Position numbers and translations under genes: made by a program
Notes under the pieces: generated by a model
The model's database searches: none
Told to the model about the DNA's origin: nothing
Seen by the model: only the letters and a program-made list of their open reading frames with translations
In this document: positions 33,612-37,150 of the stretch, piece after piece
How the letters are laid out: each line of letters begins with the position of its first letter
Numbering within the stretch: the stretch's first letter is position 1
Assembly: GCA_043754515.1 (NCBI GenBank)
Contig: JAYUUO010000143.1
Span: forward strand, 1 to 37,150
DNA from: Armatimonadota bacterium
Lineage (GTDB): Bacteria > Armatimonadota > Armatimonadia > Armatimonadales > Armatimonadaceae
Length of the DNA stretch: 37,150 bases
Reading direction: 5' to 3'

Positions 33612-36600
33612 ATGAGTAACGAAGCGACGCTCCAAGTCCGGCTCTACAACGCGGACAACACCGGCTACGGCGTGCTCCCGCTCTCCGAAAATGGAAGCCC
33701 CGGCGTGAAATCCGCGAGCGCGCGGGTCACGGCGGCGGAGGGGTACGCGGACGGCACGCTGGTGCTGACGGGTGCCCGGCGCGATTACCCCGCGCTCGCC
33801 CGCCGCCGCCGGGTGGCCTTCTACGCCGTATACCGCCGCCGCGCCGACGACGCTGTTCAGACCGCGCTCCTCTACCGGGGCGTGGTGAAGCGCGTGCTCC
33901 CGGTGAAAGGGAGCAAGGGGGAGCGGTCTCTGTCGGTGAAGCTCGTCGGGCTGTGGAGCGAGATCGGGCGCGTCCGGTGCTACAAGGTGTACCCGAACGC
34001 GGAAGGTGCGGACCGCGCCTCGTTCTTCGCCGCGCTCGCGGGCACGTTCGTGCTCCCCAAGTACCCCGGCGTGGCGGTGGCGACCGGCGCGGTGGGGAGC
34101 GTCCCCGACTACGTGTCCGCCTACGACAAAACGTTCGCCGAAGCGGTGGCGACGCTCCAGCAGAACGTGGGACAGGTCGCGACGGGCATGGACGTAGACC
34201 CGGTGACGGGGGCCGACCGGCTTTTCTTCCGGCCCTTCGACGATCTGTCGGCCCCCGCGCGGCACGCGATCCCGCTCCCGGATGCGCAGACGGGCCGCGA
34301 GAACGTCGAGGAGGACGGGGCGGCGCAGGTCACCGTGCTGACGATCCGGGGCGGGGAGCCGCGCGGCGGGGGCAACCTGCTCGCGGACGCGGTGCAGAAC
34401 AACGCCAGTTTCGAGTTCCCGGAGCTGCCGGGGTCGGCGAGCGTGGGCAACTACCTCCAGAACGGCAGCCTGGAGACCGGCAACTTCTTCGACGAGATAA
34501 ACGGCGGCACGACCAAGAACAAGTCGGACGAGGGGATACAGCCGTTCCTCGGGGACTGGTACGGGTACCTCGGGAAGCCGGGGGCCGCGCTCGCGCAGTC
34601 CGTCTGGTCGCCGCCGTCGCCGCTCGCGCCCGGCCGGACGTACCGGCTGGATCTGCGCGCCCGCCTCGAGAACCAGTCCTTCCCCGTGCCCGCGCTGGCC
34701 CTGATCGAGTGGTTCCAGGGCACGGCTATCAGCCACGTGGCACTAGGGAGCGTGCCGCTCGCGGTGTCGCCGACGGGCGCGACCTGGGATTTGTTCGGCA
34801 TCAACCTGACGCCGCCCGCCGGGGCGAACGCGTTCCGATTCTCGGTCACGCGCGCTCCCTCGGTGCCCGGCGAGCCGACGACGGGCAACGACCCGTACGT
34901 CCTCTTCGTGGACGACGTCCGCTTCTTTGACCCGTCCCCGATCACGCAGAAGGGCTGGGAGCTGTTCCGCGTCGGCACCAACGTGGTGTACAACGCGGTG
35001 GACTGGGCGAGCGACCTGTCGCCCTGGCACAACGGGCGGTGCTGTTTTTTCGACGCGGTGTCGCGCGACGTGGATGGGCAGGACTGCCAATTGCGGCCGT
35101 TCGGCTACAACCGGACGTCGGTGACCGGGGGCACGACCCTGGTGGCTGGGTTCGCGGTGCGCGTGACGCGCGGCGCGGTTTTGACGAACATCGGCGGGAC
35201 GGTACAAAACGGAGTTTTTACCACGATGACGCCGACGCTGAAGTTCCAGGTGGGGATCGAGAACTGGGCGACGGACGGGCACCCGCAGGGCGAGACGGTG
35301 ACGAGCTACGTGGTGCCCGCCGACGGCGCGTGGCGGTACGTGTCGCACACGAAAACGATCGGGGGCGACACGGCGCAGGCGACGTGCCGCCTGATGATGC
35401 GCGGCGAGGGTGCCTACTACGCGGACGCGGCGTTCCTGATGGCGGCGGACGCGCCGTTCGCGCGGGCGGTGACCGCGAACACGGCGGGCTTCGCGAATGG
35501 TACTCTGACGAGCACCGCGATGCCCGATCCCGCGCTGTATGTGGAAGGCAAGCAGTACCGGCGGCGTTATAGGGCGGTTGATCTGTTCGCGGCGGGCACG
35601 CCCATCGGGGACGAGGCGTTCGCGGTCGGCGAGATCGAGGCCACGGAGGATCTGCCGGAGGTGGTGTCGGACAACGACGCGCTGTCCTACGCGCGGCTGT
35701 ATTTCAAGAAGTTCTCGCTTCCCCTCTCGCGCCCGAACCTGGAAACGGAGGGCGTACTGGAAACGGGCGCGGCCTCGTCCACGGCGGGCATGATGCCCGG
35801 CGAGTCGGCGCGGTTCCTGGGGCCCGACGGCACGGAGCTGTTCCCGTCGCCGCTCTCGTGCGTCGAGAAGTTGGTCGCTTTCGAGGGGGGGAAGCTATCC
35901 ATCACGCCGTTTTTCGGGGTGGAGGAGCGCGACCCGTACCGCTCCATCGAGGAGATGATCCGCGCAGCGCGCCTTTCGGGGACGCAGACGGGCGCGGGGA
36001 GTCTGGGCGGCCTGTCCGGCGGGTCCGGCAGCGCGGGCGGGGGCTACCCGACCGCGCCGTCGCCGCACGCCGCGAGCCACGGGGTCGGCGGGACGGATCC
36101 CATAACCCCCGCGAGCATCGGCGCGGAGGCGGGCGCTAACAAAGGCGTCCCGAACGGGTACCCCGGGCTGGGCCCGGACGGCAAAGTCCTGGCGGGCCAG
36201 TTGCCGCCCTCCGTCGTCGGCTCGGTCACCTACGTCGGCACCTGGGACGCGTCGGCGAACACGCCCGCACTCGCGTCCGGCGTCGGGACGAAGGGCTACT
36301 ACTACGTGGTCGCGGTCGCGGGCACCACGGCGGTGGACGGCGTCGCGCGGTGGAACGTCGGCGACTGGATCGTGTACGACGGGGCGAAGTGGGACAAGCT
36401 CGACGGGATCGCGTCGGAGGTGCTCTCGGTGAACGGACAGACGGGAGTGGTGATGATACCGGCGTTCGGTGGGAGCGGCGCGGGGCACGGCGCGGGGCTG
36501 GTGCCCGACCCCGGCCCGACTCCGGGCACTTCACGATTTCTGCGGGAAGACGGGGCGTTCGCGGTGCCGCCCTCCGGCGGCGCGGGCACGTTCCAGACGA

Positions 36601-36983
36601 CGGAAGAAGACGCGTCGGCATTCTACCAGGTGGCGAACTTCAACAGCCATGTCGTCGCGGACTGCTACGGCGGCAACATCAACGTCACTCTTCCGGTGAT
36701 TACCGGCGCGGCGGACGTCGGAAAAACGGTCACCATGGTCCGCCAGGATTCATACGGCGCGAACAGCGGCAAGGTCGTCACCGTGATCGGGGGCGGGCCG
36801 ACCGCGACGCCCCAGACGATCCGGGGCACCCTTGCCCTGCGGCAACTTTCCGGCGACTGGCAGAGCGTGACGCTCCGCTCCGCGCGAGGTGGTAGCACGA
36901 CCGGCTACGAGTGGCACGTCATCTCCAAAACCTACACCGACGCCGGACGCAACTCGCTCAACGTCAACACCTCGGCGGCTTAG
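33612..36983 (+). CDS. Tail tip/hub protein with carbohydrate-binding-like modules and a C-terminal fibre region
   Basis: 1123 aa after Dit. NASFE and NGSLE CBM-like starts; YVGTWDASANTPALASG..WNVGDWIV and VLSVNGQTG tail-fibre motifs. Confidence 0.78.
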   Translation: MSNEATLQVRLYNADNTGYGVLPLSENGSPGVKSASARVTAAEGYADGTLVLTGARRDYPALARRRRVAFYAVYRRRADDAVQTALLYRGVVKRVLPVKGSKGERSLSVKLVGLWSEIGRVRCYKVYPNAEGADRASFFAALAGTFVLPKYPGVAVATGAVGSVPDYVSAYDKTFAEAVATLQQNVGQVATGMDVDPVTGADRLFFRPFDDLSAPARHAIPLPDAQTGRENVEEDGAAQVTVLTIRGGEPRGGGNLLADAVQNNASFEFPELPGSASVGNYLQNGSLETGNFFDEINGGTTKNKSDEGIQPFLGDWYGYLGKPGAALAQSVWSPPSPLAPGRTYRLDLRARLENQSFPVPALALIEWFQGTAISHVALGSVPLAVSPTGATWDLFGINLTPPAGANAFRFSVTRAPSVPGEPTTGNDPYVLFVDDVRFFDPSPITQKGWELFRVGTNVVYNAVDWASDLSPWHNGRCCFFDAVSRDVDGQDCQLRPFGYNRTSVTGGTTLVAGFAVRVTRGAVLTNIGGTVQNGVFTTMTPTLKFQVGIENWATDGHPQGETVTSYVVPADGAWRYVSHTKTIGGDTAQATCRLMMRGEGAYYADAAFLMAADAPFARAVTANTAGFANGTLTSTAMPDPALYVEGKQYRRRYRAVDLFAAGTPIGDEAFAVGEIEATEDLPEVVSDNDALSYARLYFKKFSLPLSRPNLETEGVLETGAASSTAGMMPGESARFLGPDGTELFPSPLSCVEKLVAFEGGKLSITPFFGVEERDPYRSIEEMIRAARLSGTQTGAGSLGGLSGGSGSAGGGYPTAPSPHAASHGVGGTDPITPASIGAEAGANKGVPNGYPGLGPDGKVLAGQLPPSVVGSVTYVGTWDASANTPALASGVGTKGYYYVVAVAGTTAVDGVARWNVGDWIVYDGAKWDKLDGIASEVLSVNGQTGVVMIPAFGGSGAGHGAGLVPDPGPTPGTSRFLREDGAFAVPPSGGAGTFQTTEEDASAFYQVANFNSHVVADCYGGNINVTLPVITGAADVGKTVTMVRQDSYGANSGKVVTVIGGGPTATPQTIRGTLALRQLSGDWQSVTLRSARGGSTTGYEWHVISKTYTDAGRNSLNVNTSAA

Positions 36984-37039
36984 TAACTACTCTCCCAGAG
37001 ATAAATCGCGGGGGCCATACAATCCCCGAGCAGCTCAAT

Positions 37040-37099
37040 TCAGAGAAACCGTCTCTGGCGGTTTTCTTGTCAGAGAAACCGCCAGAGGTGGTTTTCTTG
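37040..37099 (+). repeat. Two head-to-tail family B elements with an exact 30-bp period
   Basis: TCAGAGAAACCGTCTCTGGCGGTTTTCTTG followed by TCAGAGAAACCGCCAGAGGTGGTTTTCTTG. Confidence 0.88.
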
Positions 37100-37150
37100 A
37101 TTCGCCTGGGAGCGGTTTGTGTAGCACTACCGCCCCCCGTGTGGCCCCAC

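Noticed and set aside
33612..37150. Diversity-generating retroelement or invertible tail-fibre cassette
   Set aside because: No reverse transcriptase, TR/VR repeat pair or invertase is visible in the window.

Overview
GC-rich temperate siphovirus, probably a phage-plasmid, with almost all genes on the + strand. From left to right it carries: a type I-E-like CRISPR array (20 forward repeats, no cas genes in the window, fold-back at the sequence start); a HerA/FtsK-like ATPase; an operon of an ExeA-like AAA ATPase, a ribbon-helix-helix protein and a replication initiator with internal iterons; a Cre-like tyrosine recombinase; a tRNA(CAT); two orphan N4/N6 DNA methyltransferases (the second frameshifted); and a morphogenesis block (metallopeptidase, TerS, TerL, portal, protease/scaffold, capsid, neck, tail tube, frameshifting chaperone, tape measure, distal tail, tail tip/fibre). 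The most unusual signal is non-genic. Dozens of very short hairpin elements (mostly 24, 27 or 30 bp) from about five sequence families are scattered across the genome. They sit in frame inside genes, nest inside one another up to five deep, and recur as composites, one of which has its interior inverted between copies. A second candidate novelty is a partition-like module that uses an ExeA-type ATPase instead of ParA. All product calls come from motif recognition and gene order by eye; no database search was run.
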